NCBI GenBank assembly: GCA_049972095.1
Contig: JBMFKQ010000014.1
Coordinates: 1 to 37,461, forward strand
DNA length: 37,461 nucleotides
Direction of reading: 5' to 3'
From: Elusimicrobiales bacterium
Lineage (GTDB): Bacteria; Elusimicrobiota; Elusimicrobia; Elusimicrobiales; UBA9959
Below, one piece after another: positions 27,215 through 37,204 of the stretch; position 1 is the first letter of the stretch, and each line of letters starts with the position of its first letter. The notes under the pieces were generated by a model that worked only from the letters and a program-made list of their open reading frames with translations, was not told where the DNA came from and searched no databases. A program made the position numbers and the translations under genes.

Positions 27215-27921
27215 TAGCTTTGAACAACTTCAAAAAAAACATCCTCTAAGTTTTTGTCCTTGTTTTCAAGAATATTCTTGACACTTCCACTTAAAACTAT
27301 CCTTCCTTTTTTCAAAACGCACACCCTATCACAGAGTTTTTCAGCCATCTCAAGTATGTGAGTGCATATAAAAACTGATGTTCCCTCATCTTTAAGCTTT
27401 TTAAGATATGTTTTGAATTTTTTAACACTAATAGGATCAAGTCCAACAGTTGGCTCATCAAATATCATAAGCCTTGGTTTTCTTAGCACTGCAGATGCTA
27501 TAAGAAGCTTCTGTCTCATGCCATAAGAATAAGATGAAAGAAGCATATCTATACTATCATAGAGCTCAAAATACTCAGCCACCTCATCTATTTTTTTACT
27601 ATAATCTTCAACATCGTAAATCTCGCATATAAAACTCAAAAATTCTCTACCTGTAAGATAAGGATATACAAAAGGCTCATCAGGTATAAATGATATCATT
27701 CTCTTTGCTTTAATAGGCTGTTTAACAACATCAATCCCACACAATGTAATCTTACCCGATGTTGGTTTGAGAAGACCTGATATTATTTTAACTGTTGTTG
27801 TTTTACCAGCACCGTTTGGTCCAAGAAGCGCAAATATCTCACCATCATTAACCTTAATGGATAGATTATCAACAGCAACCTTTTTGTCAAATATTTTTGT
27901 AAGATTTTCAACATCAAGCAT
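27214..27921 (-). CDS. ABC transporter ATP-binding protein
   Basis: GPNGAGKTT, YSYGMRQK, IFDEPT, TH. Confidence 0.95.
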   Translation of the reverse strand: MLDVENLTKIFDKKVAVDNLSIKVNDGEIFALLGPNGAGKTTTVKIISGLLKPTSGKITLCGIDVVKQPIKAKRMISFIPDEPFVYPYLTGREFLSFICEIYDVEDYSKKIDEVAEYFELYDSIDMLLSSYSYGMRQKLLIASAVLRKPRLMIFDEPTVGLDPISVKKFKTYLKKLKDEGTSVFICTHILEMAEKLCDRVCVLKKGRIVLSGSVKNILENKDKNLEDVFFEVVQS

Positions 27922-28631
27922 CAGATATTTTCTCTGCTTTCAAATTTCTTCCTAAAATCCTGAACCTCAAGCTTTGATATAACACTTCTAAGGTAGTTGT
28001 TTGCAATATCTATAAACTTCTGTTGTTTAACTGCTGCGGCAAATTTGTTATTATCCTTAATGCTTTTATCCTTGATAAACTGACGATAAAATTCTAACTC
28101 ATCAGGCGTAACCTTAACAGCCTCAAGAAGAAATGATTTAAATCTTCCAGAAAGTCTCTGATTTCGTCTCCAATCTTCATATTCAGCCGGAGTCATTCTG
28201 TATTTTGACCAAATACTACTGACATATGCCCTTGCATCAAATCTTCCATCTAAAAGAAATGCGGGGGTATTTTGAATCTCCAGCGCAACCTCAAAATCGC
28301 TTATCCTAAAGTCAAATTTCTCTGCCTCCATCCTTAATATCTCATCAACTATCATCTCCTTAAAAACCTCATCCTTAACCATTTTTTCAACAACCTTATA
28401 CGCCTCCTCCCCTTGAAGTTCTTTATGTTCTTTAAGAACTCTATCCATTGCTATTGAAAACATCCTCTGATAGTGTTTCCATCCTATCTTTCTTGAGCCA
28501 ACCTTTGCAACAGTGTCACCCAACGAGATTATGCCTACATATGCACCAAGACCGAAAAATATACTCACAACAAAAACAATAACTGTAATAAGAAAAATAG
28601 TTTTTTTATGTTTTAAAAAGAATGCTATCAT
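27921..28631 (-). CDS. SurA N-terminal-domain protein (PpiD-like N-terminus without a PPIase domain)
   Basis: N-terminal TM, VAKVG…I, ISDFEV…I…PAF…GRFD…Y. Confidence 0.8.
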   Translation of the reverse strand: MIAFFLKHKKTIFLITVIVFVVSIFFGLGAYVGIISLGDTVAKVGSRKIGWKHYQRMFSIAMDRVLKEHKELQGEEAYKVVEKMVKDEVFKEMIVDEILRMEAEKFDFRISDFEVALEIQNTPAFLLDGRFDARAYVSSIWSKYRMTPAEYEDWRRNQRLSGRFKSFLLEAVKVTPDELEFYRQFIKDKSIKDNNKFAAAVKQQKFIDIANNYLRSVISKLEVQDFRKKFESRENI

Positions 28632-28984
28632 TTCTTCTCCCTTTTCATCTCAATCTTGCCTGAAACAAATCCCCCATCTTCAACCATTATCCTTGATGTC
28701 TTAACATCACCACAAACTGATCCTATTGACATTATCTCAACAATATCATTTGCAGTTATATTTCCATTGATGCTTCCATAAATACTGCATCTCTCGCATA
28801 TAATATCTCCATTGACTCTTGCAGTTTTTGCAATGAAAACATCCTTAGAGCTGTTTATATTCCCCTCAACAATACCCTCAACTTTAAGTGAACCTCGTGT
28901 GCTTATATTACCAGTAAAAACACAGTCCTGCGCGATTATGCTTTCAGTTGATGTAAGTTCCAATATCTTCTGCTTAATTGCCAT
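28628..28984 (-). CDS. Bactofilin (polymer-forming cytoskeletal protein, CcmA family)
   Basis: SII…FTGNI…LKVEG.VEGNI…VNGDI…I.G.INGNI beta-helix repeats. Confidence 0.92.
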   Translation of the reverse strand: MAIKQKILELTSTESIIAQDCVFTGNISTRGSLKVEGIVEGNINSSKDVFIAKTARVNGDIICERCSIYGSINGNITANDIVEIMSIGSVCGDVKTSRIMVEDGGFVSGKIEMKREKK

Positions 28985-28986
28985 AA

Positions 28987-29931
28987 TCAGCTTTCAGAAT
29001 AGTTTATGTATTTTACAGGATTTTCAAAAACACCGTATCTCCAAACTTCATAATGAAGGTGTGGCCCTGTAGATGTTCCCGTAGAACCTAATTTTCCTAT
29101 AATACTGCCCTTTTTAACCACATCACCAACCTTTACATTCACCTGACTCAAATGACCATAAAGGGTAGTGTATCCAAAGCCGTGATCAACTATAACACAA
29201 AGTCCATAACCCATCGCCCAGCCGGTATATCTTACCACACCATCAGCACAAACCTTTATATCTGTTCCGGGATCATTAACAATATCAACCCCGCTGTGAA
29301 AATCATATGAGAGGGTGAAGGGATGAATTCTATATCCAAACGGAGAGGATATGAAACCAGCAACTGGCCACCCCTTTGGTATAGAATTTATCATCGAGGC
29401 TTTGGATGTTATATAATTAAAAAGTTTTTCATAATCCCTTATTCTTTGTTCAGATTCATCCTTTATTATCTTGTAAGCATCAATTATATCTCTATTACTC
29501 AGTTTTGAGTAGTCTATACCGCTAATCATACTTGAAAATCTCAAAGAATCTGCTGATGTTGGACCTCCGATAGGAAGCCTTAACTTAGGTCTTCTTTTAT
29601 TGTAAAAGGTAAGTTCTTCAATTTGTCTGTCAACTCTTTTAACAGCATTAAGATATAAGAGCCCTTCATTTGCGTGTCTAACTATGCTTGCAAGTTTATA
29701 TTTAAGAAAGATGTTTTCCGTTTTAAGAAGGTAATAATCAATATATGAAAAAACACTGAATAGAGAAAAACCAAAAACTAACATAAAGAATGTTAAAAAG
29801 ATAAAAAAACTAAAAAAACTTAGATTAAACCTCAAGGAGGGAAGATAAGAGGTTGGTGTTAAACTTATGTATATTCTGTGTTTTAAAAAACTATTAAAAA
29901 AACTTCTCAAAAGACTAAAAAAATCTCTCAT
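28987..29931 (-). CDS. M23 family metallopeptidase with an N-terminal TM and coiled coil
   Basis: HSGVD, YGHL, GSTGTSTGPHLHYEV. Confidence 0.95.
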   Translation of the reverse strand: MRDFFSLLRSFFNSFLKHRIYISLTPTSYLPSLRFNLSFFSFFIFLTFFMLVFGFSLFSVFSYIDYYLLKTENIFLKYKLASIVRHANEGLLYLNAVKRVDRQIEELTFYNKRRPKLRLPIGGPTSADSLRFSSMISGIDYSKLSNRDIIDAYKIIKDESEQRIRDYEKLFNYITSKASMINSIPKGWPVAGFISSPFGYRIHPFTLSYDFHSGVDIVNDPGTDIKVCADGVVRYTGWAMGYGLCVIVDHGFGYTTLYGHLSQVNVKVGDVVKKGSIIGKLGSTGTSTGPHLHYEVWRYGVFENPVKYINYSES

Positions 29932-30020
29932 TATAATATAATTTAACTTAATATATCATTAAAAGTCAATCTTTTGTAAATACAAAAAAACATTCAAAAA
30001 CTCATCTAAAAAATAAGAAA

Positions 30021-30094
30021 CGCCCCCAACGGGATTCGAACCCGTGATTTCCGCCTTGAAAGGGCGGCGTCCTAGGCCACTAGACGATGAGGGC
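30021..30094 (-). tRNA. tRNA-Glu (anticodon TTC), CCA not encoded
   Basis: GCCCTCA/TGGGGGC acceptor stem, CCGCC-CTTTCAA-GGCGG anticodon arm, T arm ACGGGTTCGAATCCCGT. Confidence 0.97.
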
Positions 30095-30207
30095 AAGACA
30101 AAGAAATAAATAAAGTGATTATATCTTACAAATTTATTTTGTATAATGTCAAATATAAAAAGTGGACTAAAACAAGACTTTTGGTATTGAAAATAAGGGA
30201 GATATTT

Positions 30208-30900
30208 ATGGAAAATAATCAAAATCAGCAAAAAGATTCTCAAGTGACTCAAGAAACTGAAATACAAAACCAAATATCAGATGAGGTTGAAGCAATAAGA
30301 AAAAGAAATAGGCTACTTAAAATACTCATTATTATACTGACATCAATTATTATAATATTCGCAGCAATTGTATACTTTCTTTATTCAAGATATACAAGCA
30401 TATCGAAGAATATTGAAGAGGTTGTATTTAAAATCTCACAAGAAAACAAAACTAACAATTTAGCCGATCAAATTGTGTCAAACCATCAATTAACACCATC
30501 ATCAATATCATTTGAAAGCTCATCACTTTCAAAAATAGGTTTTTCAAAGGAAATGATGGAAAGTATGGTTAATTCTCAAAATACTAAAAAGGTTGAGGAA
30601 ATAGTTGATGAATACTATAATGATCCTGCGATAAACAGCTTTATAGAAAAATTTAGAAATGATCCGGAGATAAAAGATATATTTGAAGCACCCCCTAAGG
30701 AAAGGCCTTTAAAGATGTTTAAAAAAATGAATGACCCTATATTTATGCAGAAGATAACAAAAGAACTTCTTTCAAACCCACAGCTTATGAAGTCATTGAT
30801 GAAGATGGGAACAGACCCAAGAATATATCAGATGATGAAAAACGCATCATTTAACAAAACTATAAAGATTTCAACTACCCAAGAGAATAAACAGGACTAA
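30208..30900 (+). CDS. Single-TM hypothetical protein with C-terminal STI1/DP-like repeats
   Basis: ATG 30208 follows AAGGGAG; TM LLKILIIILTSIIIIFAAIVYFLY; repeats NDPAI, NDPEI, NDPIF, SNPQL, TDPRI. Confidence 0.65.
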   Translation: MENNQNQQKDSQVTQETEIQNQISDEVEAIRKRNRLLKILIIILTSIIIIFAAIVYFLYSRYTSISKNIEEVVFKISQENKTNNLADQIVSNHQLTPSSISFESSSLSKIGFSKEMMESMVNSQNTKKVEEIVDEYYNDPAINSFIEKFRNDPEIKDIFEAPPKERPLKMFKKMNDPIFMQKITKELLSNPQLMKSLMKMGTDPRIYQMMKNASFNKTIKISTTQENKQD

Positions 30901-33161
30901 AAATATGTTTTATGACCAAGAATGATAAAATATATCTGTCCCAAAGATATACCACCATCATTTGTAGGAACAAGGCTGTTTGAATAAGCCTCATATCCAT
31001 TTCTTGAAAGTGTTGTAAGCATTTTATTGAGAATATATCTGTTCTGGAAAACACCACCACTCATAACAACCCTTTTTATCCCATTTTCTTTTGATAAAAT
31101 CTCAATAGCTTCAAGAGTTGAATTAATAATAGCATTATGAAATTTTACAGAAATAAGAGTGCTCTTTTTCATATAATCATCAATAACCTCATCAACTGAT
31201 TGTGAAAACCTTATTACATACATTCCATTTTCACACACAACCCTAAATCTATAAGCATCGTTGCTTTCTTTTAACAACGCCTCCATTCTCATAGGCCCTT
31301 CAGCCTCAAAATCTGCTATAATCTTCCCACTAACAAGCACGGAAAACGCATCAAATAATCTGCCACAACTTGTTGTCTTAACAGTATTTACATTCTTTTC
31401 AATCATATTCAAATAAACATTAATTGTTTTTAAGGGAAGTCTGTTTTTAAGAATTTCGAACACAAAATCCTTGCGGTCTTTAAAAACAGATATAAAACTT
31501 CTCCATATCTGCTTAATAACCTTATCCCCACCAGCCTCAACAAAACTCTCAAGGTGTGCTACCCTCTTGACTATCCCTCTTTTAACGCAGAATATTTCCC
31601 CTCCCCAAACTGTTCCATCCGCACCATATCCAGTTCCATCAAAAGCTATTCCAATAACATTATCTTTTATTGAATTTTCAGCCATAACTGAATAGATATG
31701 AGCAATATGATGTTGCACCTTAAAAGTTTTTTTTATGCCAAATCTTGATGACAAGATGGATGATCTATAATGAGGATGCATATCGCTAACAAGGATATTG
31801 GGCTTGAATGAAAAAAGTTTTTTGATATTCTTATAGGTTTTTACATAGTGATCTGCATTCTCCTTAATATCAAGATCACCAATATGTTGGCTTAAAACAA
31901 CTGTTTTATTTCTGAAAAAAGCAAATGCATTTTTTATATCACTGCCGCTTGCAAAAATCTCATACTTAAAATCTGAATCAACATTTATGCCATCAGGAAC
32001 ATATCCTCTTGCCCTTCTTATCATTCTGATATCCCCTCTATCATCAACAAAACAAACACTATCATCAATCCTGTTTACTATCTCTCTATTGTGAAAAAGT
32101 GTTGGGATATCTTTAAATTTTTCCAAAACTTCACTATTATCAGCAATTATTGGCTCATCCTTAAAATTTCCTGATGTCATTACAAGGGGGTTTCCAAATC
32201 CTTTTTCTAAAAGCCTCATAAAAAGAACGAGATGAAGAGGAGTATATGCCACCATAACTCCAACATTATCAAGAAGCGGAGCTACATATTCAAAAACTTT
32301 TTTATTCTTTTTTCTAAGCATAACTATTGGTGATTGAGGTGATGTAAGAAGTTTTCTTTCATAATCATTTATAAAGACATATCTCTCTATATCCTTGATA
32401 TCTTTGACCATTACAGCAAGTGGCTTAAACTCCCTTTTCTTAATCTCCCTTACTCTATTAACACCTTTTTTATTAAATGCATCACATGCTATATGAAACC
32501 CTCCAAGTCCTTTTATAAGAACAACATCACCATCAATTATTTTTTGGGCTATAAAATCAATAGCCCCAACTCCAAAGATTTTCTTTTTCCCATCATAGCA
32601 CCACACCGTTGGACCACATAAAGGGCATGCATTTGGTTGTGCATGGAAACGTCTGTTTAAAGGATCATCATATTCGTTTCTGCAGCGTCTACACATCTTA
32701 AAATATCTCATTGATGTATTCCTTCTATCATAAGGTATCCTTTCTGTTATAGTGAATCTTGGGCCACAGTTTGTGCAGTTTGTAAAAGGATATAGATAGC
32801 GTGAATTTGATAAATCCATAACATCTTTTCTACAATCACCACAGATAGATAAATCAGATGGTATAAATGCTGTTTTCAGCATTGTTTCTTCGCTTTTAAG
32901 TATGACAAAATCGCTGAAGTTTTTATCATCAATCTGAAAAAAATCAATAGAATCTATCTTTGAAACTGATGGTTTTTTTTCTCTTATAAGGGATATAAAC
33001 CTTTCCACCTCTGAAAGCTCTTTAACATTTATCTCTATAGAAACTCCCGCAGATGTATTTGAGACACTACCTTTTAGATTAAGCGAGTTCGCAAGATTGT
33101 ATATAAATGGCCTAAATCCAACCCCCTGAACTGTGCCGGTTATAATTATTCTTATGGTCAT
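30897..33161 (-). CDS. hypF: [NiFe]-hydrogenase maturation carbamoyltransferase
   Basis: GTVQGVGFRPF acylphosphatase domain, two CxxC…CxxC Zn fingers, KGLGGFH, QHHIAH, DGTGYG, PTNDGGISLGQ. Confidence 0.98.
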   Translation of the reverse strand: MTIRIIITGTVQGVGFRPFIYNLANSLNLKGSVSNTSAGVSIEINVKELSEVERFISLIREKKPSVSKIDSIDFFQIDDKNFSDFVILKSEETMLKTAFIPSDLSICGDCRKDVMDLSNSRYLYPFTNCTNCGPRFTITERIPYDRRNTSMRYFKMCRRCRNEYDDPLNRRFHAQPNACPLCGPTVWCYDGKKKIFGVGAIDFIAQKIIDGDVVLIKGLGGFHIACDAFNKKGVNRVREIKKREFKPLAVMVKDIKDIERYVFINDYERKLLTSPQSPIVMLRKKNKKVFEYVAPLLDNVGVMVAYTPLHLVLFMRLLEKGFGNPLVMTSGNFKDEPIIADNSEVLEKFKDIPTLFHNREIVNRIDDSVCFVDDRGDIRMIRRARGYVPDGINVDSDFKYEIFASGSDIKNAFAFFRNKTVVLSQHIGDLDIKENADHYVKTYKNIKKLFSFKPNILVSDMHPHYRSSILSSRFGIKKTFKVQHHIAHIYSVMAENSIKDNVIGIAFDGTGYGADGTVWGGEIFCVKRGIVKRVAHLESFVEAGGDKVIKQIWRSFISVFKDRKDFVFEILKNRLPLKTINVYLNMIEKNVNTVKTTSCGRLFDAFSVLVSGKIIADFEAEGPMRMEALLKESNDAYRFRVVCENGMYVIRFSQSVDEVIDDYMKKSTLISVKFHNAIINSTLEAIEILSKENGIKRVVMSGGVFQNRYILNKMLTTLSRNGYEAYSNSLVPTNDGGISLGQIYFIILGHKTYF

Positions 33162-33173
33162 TTAACCTCACTG

Positions 33174-33926
33174 CTAAAAACTATGAGGTATTAAGTATGT
33201 GAGAATTGTTATAAAAAATGAAATAAGTATCGCTTTTCTTGATTCAAAACCTTTAAGCAGTCTATATGCAGCATAGCTCCAGAATATAAAGGACACTAAA
33301 ACCTTATTATCGGTCACATCACTACCAAAAGGAAAACCACTCCAAAATATTCCAAAAGCCTCTTTTTGAAGAAGAGCACCCAATACAAATCCACCAATAA
33401 ACATTGAAAGATAATTAGCCCAAAAGACCTTGGAAGAAAACTTTTTTTCAAAAACTACTTCTAAAAAAAGATAAAAACAAATAACAAGAGATAAAAACAT
33501 AAAAAATATATGACTTATAAGAATCCATCTTCTAACCTCATTTTTAAATCTGAGTACTATTTTATTTAAGTTAATCTTCTTACCATCAACATAAAAATCA
33601 TACTCTATCTTTGAGGCTGGCATAAAATCGTCAGGGATAATAACAATGCTTTTATTACCATCAGATTTAAAATAAATTTTTTTAAACTCCTCATCAACCC
33701 CTAATCTTTTCCATGATATATAAGCATTTACATCATTTTTGTAGATATAAGCTATGCATTCACTTTTCTTAATTGTACAGCTTCTTGGAAGTTTATATCT
33801 TACATTTCTACCATTGTAGTCAAGATCCCCCTTAACCGGATATGTAGGTCCTGTAATTCGCTGAAAAACAGTAAGAAGCAAAGTGAGGATTAATGATACA
33901 AGGATGTAAAAAAACTTTTTTAGCAT
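33174..33926 (-). CDS. Uncharacterised membrane protein inside the hyp operon
   Basis: N-terminal TM, QRITGPTYP, soluble loop, then about four TMs with WSGFPFGSDVTDNK and terminal IPHS; start overlaps the hypE stop. Confidence 0.75.
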   Translation of the reverse strand: MLKKFFYILVSLILTLLLTVFQRITGPTYPVKGDLDYNGRNVRYKLPRSCTIKKSECIAYIYKNDVNAYISWKRLGVDEEFKKIYFKSDGNKSIVIIPDDFMPASKIEYDFYVDGKKINLNKIVLRFKNEVRRWILISHIFFMFLSLVICFYLFLEVVFEKKFSSKVFWANYLSMFIGGFVLGALLQKEAFGIFWSGFPFGSDVTDNKVLVSFIFWSYAAYRLLKGFESRKAILISFFITILTYLIPHSF

Positions 33927-34918
33927 ATTCTTGGAAGCTGCTCTGCTGAAAAAGGGACTATCATTCTTCTCATACCAGCAGTAGTTTTAATGTAAACCTT
34001 TTTCTCATCAATAACCCTTCCTATAATTCTTGCTTTTTTCCCATAGCGATGTTTCCTCATACGCTCAACAATATCTTTAGCATTCCTATAATCAACAACA
34101 ACAATAATCTTGCCCTCATTTGCAACATATAAAGGATCAAGTCCAAGCACTTCACACGCAGATCTCACAGATTTGCTTAAAGGAATTTCCTTCTCATCTA
34201 TCTCAAATCCATATCCGCAAAAATCACATATCTCAATAAGTCCGGTTGCAAGACCACCCCGAGTAAGATCCTTCATACACCTTATTCCTTCAACACCTCT
34301 AATAAGATCAACAAGCCCATTGAGAGGTGCTACATCACTCTTGATCTCCCCACCAAGTCCAAGATTATGTCTTGCATTTAAAACTGCAACACCATGAGAT
34401 GCTATCTCACCATTTATAATCACAGCATCACCAGCCCTTGGATTTCTATATGAAAAATCATAATCCTTATCAAAAAAGCCCAAACCTGCGGTATTTATAA
34501 AAATCCCATCAGCCTTGCCTTTTTCAACAACCTTTGTATCACCACATACAATAGAAACCCCTGCCTCAGCACAAGCCTTTTTCATTGAATCAAGAATCTT
34601 TTTTAGCCTTTCAATCTCAAAACCCTCTTCTATAATAAAACCAGCAGATAAAGCAAAAGGAGTTGCTCCTGAAACAGATATATCATTAACTGTTCCACAC
34701 ACAGCAAGCCTTCCTATATCACCACCTGGGAAAAAAAGAGGAGTTATAACATATGAATCTGTTGTAAAAGCAATTTTATTAAAATTTCTCCTTAAGGTCC
34801 ATGAATCCTCAAAAGAATAATTATTCATCCTTATACCAAGCTCTTTCAAGAAAACATCTTTAATAAGCTCAAAGGTAAGTTTTCCACCACTCCCATGCTC
34901 AATGCTTATTCTGCTCAT
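33920..34918 (-). CDS. hypE: Hydrogenase maturation carbamoyl dehydratase
   Basis: HGSGG, FTTDSY…PLFFPGGDIG, GDTKVV, DLTRGG, ANEG, C-terminal LPRIC. Confidence 0.98.
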   Translation of the reverse strand: MSRISIEHGSGGKLTFELIKDVFLKELGIRMNNYSFEDSWTLRRNFNKIAFTTDSYVITPLFFPGGDIGRLAVCGTVNDISVSGATPFALSAGFIIEEGFEIERLKKILDSMKKACAEAGVSIVCGDTKVVEKGKADGIFINTAGLGFFDKDYDFSYRNPRAGDAVIINGEIASHGVAVLNARHNLGLGGEIKSDVAPLNGLVDLIRGVEGIRCMKDLTRGGLATGLIEICDFCGYGFEIDEKEIPLSKSVRSACEVLGLDPLYVANEGKIIVVVDYRNAKDIVERMRKHRYGKKARIIGRVIDEKKVYIKTTAGMRRMIVPFSAEQLPRIC

Positions 34919-35807
34919 AATTCTGCTTCTTTTTTAAAAGTATAAAGTTTATAAACTTGTTTACATCCCTTGAGTATTCTCTTCTTTTGTTATATATCAT
35001 ATAAACAGGTCTAAAAAAACCTGATGAAAATCTACTCACTTTAACTTTGCCATTTCTTTCCTCATTCATAACAGCCCTATAAGGAAGGATGGAGCAACCA
35101 ACACCAGAGATAATTGCAGCCTTTATAGTATCTATGTTATTAAGCTCCATTGTAACATTGATCTTAACAGAATTTCTTTTAAGGAAATTCTCAATATATT
35201 TTCTTGAAGGTGTGTTTTTTTCAAAAAAAACAAGCTTCATAGATGATATACACGAAACAGGTACTTTTCCATTATGGCCATCAGCATTCTGAGGCATAAC
35301 AACAACAAGCTCATCATTACACAGGTGAATTGATGAAATATTATGGTCATTTACTCTCTTACAAGCAATAAATCCAAGATCTGACTTACCTTCAATCACC
35401 CTTTCTATAACCTCACTCCATTCAAAGTAGCTAAGAGAAATCTTCACAGATGGGTTTAGTGACATAAACTCTCTTATATAATCGCCAAGAATATATATAC
35501 CAACGCTGTATATTGAAGATATTCTGACCTCACCAGTTAGCGTTTCATTAAAACTTAAGTTAACATTCTCAAACATCTCATAATACCTTGATATGATATC
35601 GGAAGAATAGTCATAAACTATCTTTCCTATCCTTGTAAGCTCAAGAGAATCGTTCTTCTTTATAAAAAGTTTTGTTTTGAAAATTATCTCAAGTTTTTTC
35701 ATGTGCTGACTTACTGCTGATTGTGTGACAAAATTAAGCTGCGCTGCTTTTGTAAAACTTTGGGTATCTATAAGATCCTTAAACATCTTAAGTGTTTCTA
35801 TGTTCAT
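34899..35807 (-). CDS. LysR-family transcriptional regulator
   Basis: SFTKAAQLNFVTQSAVSQHMKKLE HTH followed by a substrate-binding domain; overlaps the hypD stop and the hypE start. Confidence 0.95.
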   Translation of the reverse strand: MNIETLKMFKDLIDTQSFTKAAQLNFVTQSAVSQHMKKLEIIFKTKLFIKKNDSLELTRIGKIVYDYSSDIISRYYEMFENVNLSFNETLTGEVRISSIYSVGIYILGDYIREFMSLNPSVKISLSYFEWSEVIERVIEGKSDLGFIACKRVNDHNISSIHLCNDELVVVMPQNADGHNGKVPVSCISSMKLVFFEKNTPSRKYIENFLKRNSVKINVTMELNNIDTIKAAIISGVGCSILPYRAVMNEERNGKVKVSRFSSGFFRPVYMIYNKRREYSRDVNKFINFILLKKKQNYEQNKH

Positions 35808-36931
35808 CCTTTAACTCCGTACTTATACCACGCAGCACATGCACCCTCAGAAGAAACCATACAAGGTCCAACCGCATCCTCTGGCTTGCATTTTTTAGCA
35901 AAAAGTGGGCATTGTATTGGTGTAGCAATACCAAGAAGTATCTTTCCACATAGACATCCCTTAGGTTCAGCCACAACTTTCACCTTGATACTAAATCTTT
36001 TAAGAGCATCAAACTCATCATATCTATCAGAAAAAACATATCCTGATTTTTTTATAACACCAACAGCTCTCCATCTTGCATCTGAAACACTAAAGACATC
36101 TGACATCATATCACGGGCTACTCTATTTCCATCACAACTAACAGCACGGCTATATTCATTTTCAACATCGCCCTTCCCTTCAAGTTTTTTATCAATAAGA
36201 ATGTCTATGCTTCTCAAAATATCAAGAGGTTCAAAACCTGATATAACTGAGGGGACTGAATAATTTTTAAGAAAATCGTATGCAGACTTGCCTATTATAA
36301 CGCTTACATGTCCCGGGAGTATAAAACCGTCTATTACTCCTATCTTAAAATCAAGAAGATATTTAAGTGCAGGTGGAACAAGCTTGAAAAATGGCGTCAC
36401 ATAAAAATTTTTAATGCCATTTTTCTTAGCATAAATAATAGATGCTGCAACGGTTGGTGAGGTGGTCTCAAAACCAATCCCTATAAAAACAACATTTCTA
36501 TCTCTATTCTCAACAGCAATCTTCACAGCATCCATGCTTGAGTAAACAACTCTCACATCACACCCATCAGCTCTAAGTGTAAAAAGATTTGCACCATCAG
36601 AACCCTTCACCTTCATCATATCACCAAAGGTTGTTATTATAACATCATCTCTTTTACCTATCTCAATGACACTATCTATATCTCCCTGATCTGTAACACA
36701 TACAGGGCAGCCGGGCCCCGAGACAAGATTAACATAACCTTTTAAAGCCCCTCTTATACCACTTTTTGCTATAGCCATTGTATGCGTTCCACAAACCTCC
36801 ATAAGGCTTATAGGTCTTGCATAATTTTTAATGAACCTCTCAGCTTTCTTTTTGATTGAATTAAGTATTGAACTTGCTATATCAGAATCGGACCATACTT
36901 TCCAAGAAAACACATTATTCTTTGTTTTCAT
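35804..36931 (-). CDS. hypD: Hydrogenase formation protein HypD
   Basis: MEVCGTH, GPGCPVC, GFETT, PGHVS, GPCMVSSEGAC; likely start is ATG 36931, overlapping the end of hypC. Confidence 0.97.
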   Translation of the reverse strand: MKTKNNVFSWKVWSDSDIASSILNSIKKKAERFIKNYARPISLMEVCGTHTMAIAKSGIRGALKGYVNLVSGPGCPVCVTDQGDIDSVIEIGKRDDVIITTFGDMMKVKGSDGANLFTLRADGCDVRVVYSSMDAVKIAVENRDRNVVFIGIGFETTSPTVAASIIYAKKNGIKNFYVTPFFKLVPPALKYLLDFKIGVIDGFILPGHVSVIIGKSAYDFLKNYSVPSVISGFEPLDILRSIDILIDKKLEGKGDVENEYSRAVSCDGNRVARDMMSDVFSVSDARWRAVGVIKKSGYVFSDRYDEFDALKRFSIKVKVVAEPKGCLCGKILLGIATPIQCPLFAKKCKPEDAVGPCMVSSEGACAAWYKYGVKG

Positions 36932-37136
36932 AGATCTCTTTGAATAGTTTAATGGTTTTAGTAGCCTCATCCCTATCAAGTTTCTGTATCACAAAACCTG
37001 CATGAACAAGGACAAAATCATCAACCTTTAGATCAGGAAAAAGCATTATTGAAACCTCTTTCTTGGTGCCACCAAAATCAACTATTGCATTCATCCCTGA
37101 TATCTTTTCAACCTTTGCTGGCACTGAAAGACACAT
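36915..37136 (-). CDS. hypC: Hydrogenase maturation chaperone HypC/HupF
   Basis: MCLSVPAKV N-terminus, VLVHAGF. Confidence 0.97.
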   Translation of the reverse strand: MCLSVPAKVEKISGMNAIVDFGGTKKEVSIMLFPDLKVDDFVLVHAGFVIQKLDRDEATKTIKLFKEIYENKE

Positions 37137-37204
37137 AAATCAGCTTCCTCAAAAAACTTAATACACCTCCAGCCCTGCTATCCTAACTTTAAGTACACAA
37201 AGAT

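Noticed and set aside
21203..30094. Possible integrated element at or between the two tRNA genes
   Set aside because: No integrase, no duplicated tRNA 3' end noticed, and the content is housekeeping/envelope with similar composition.
29959..30273. 104-aa ORF spanning tRNA-Glu
   Set aside because: Reads through the tRNA gene (PSSSSGLGRRPFK is the tRNA sequence).
2426..36263. Numerous short ORFs in the supplied track lying within longer genes, mostly antisense (e.g. 2426-2626, 7707-7955, 7981-8265, 17727-18113, 23736-24062, 34515-34820, 35721-36263) and a few same-strand alternate frames (15376-15558, 25803-26024, 30875-31060, 35788-35976)
   Set aside because: They overlap well-supported genes and show no recognisable motifs; treated as shadow ORFs.
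36932..36979. Longer ORF-track starts for hypD (also nth 7642, queF 6321, and 30115 for the STI1-like ORF)
   Set aside because: Downstream ATGs with SD sites or typical coupling overlaps fit better and avoid long overlaps.
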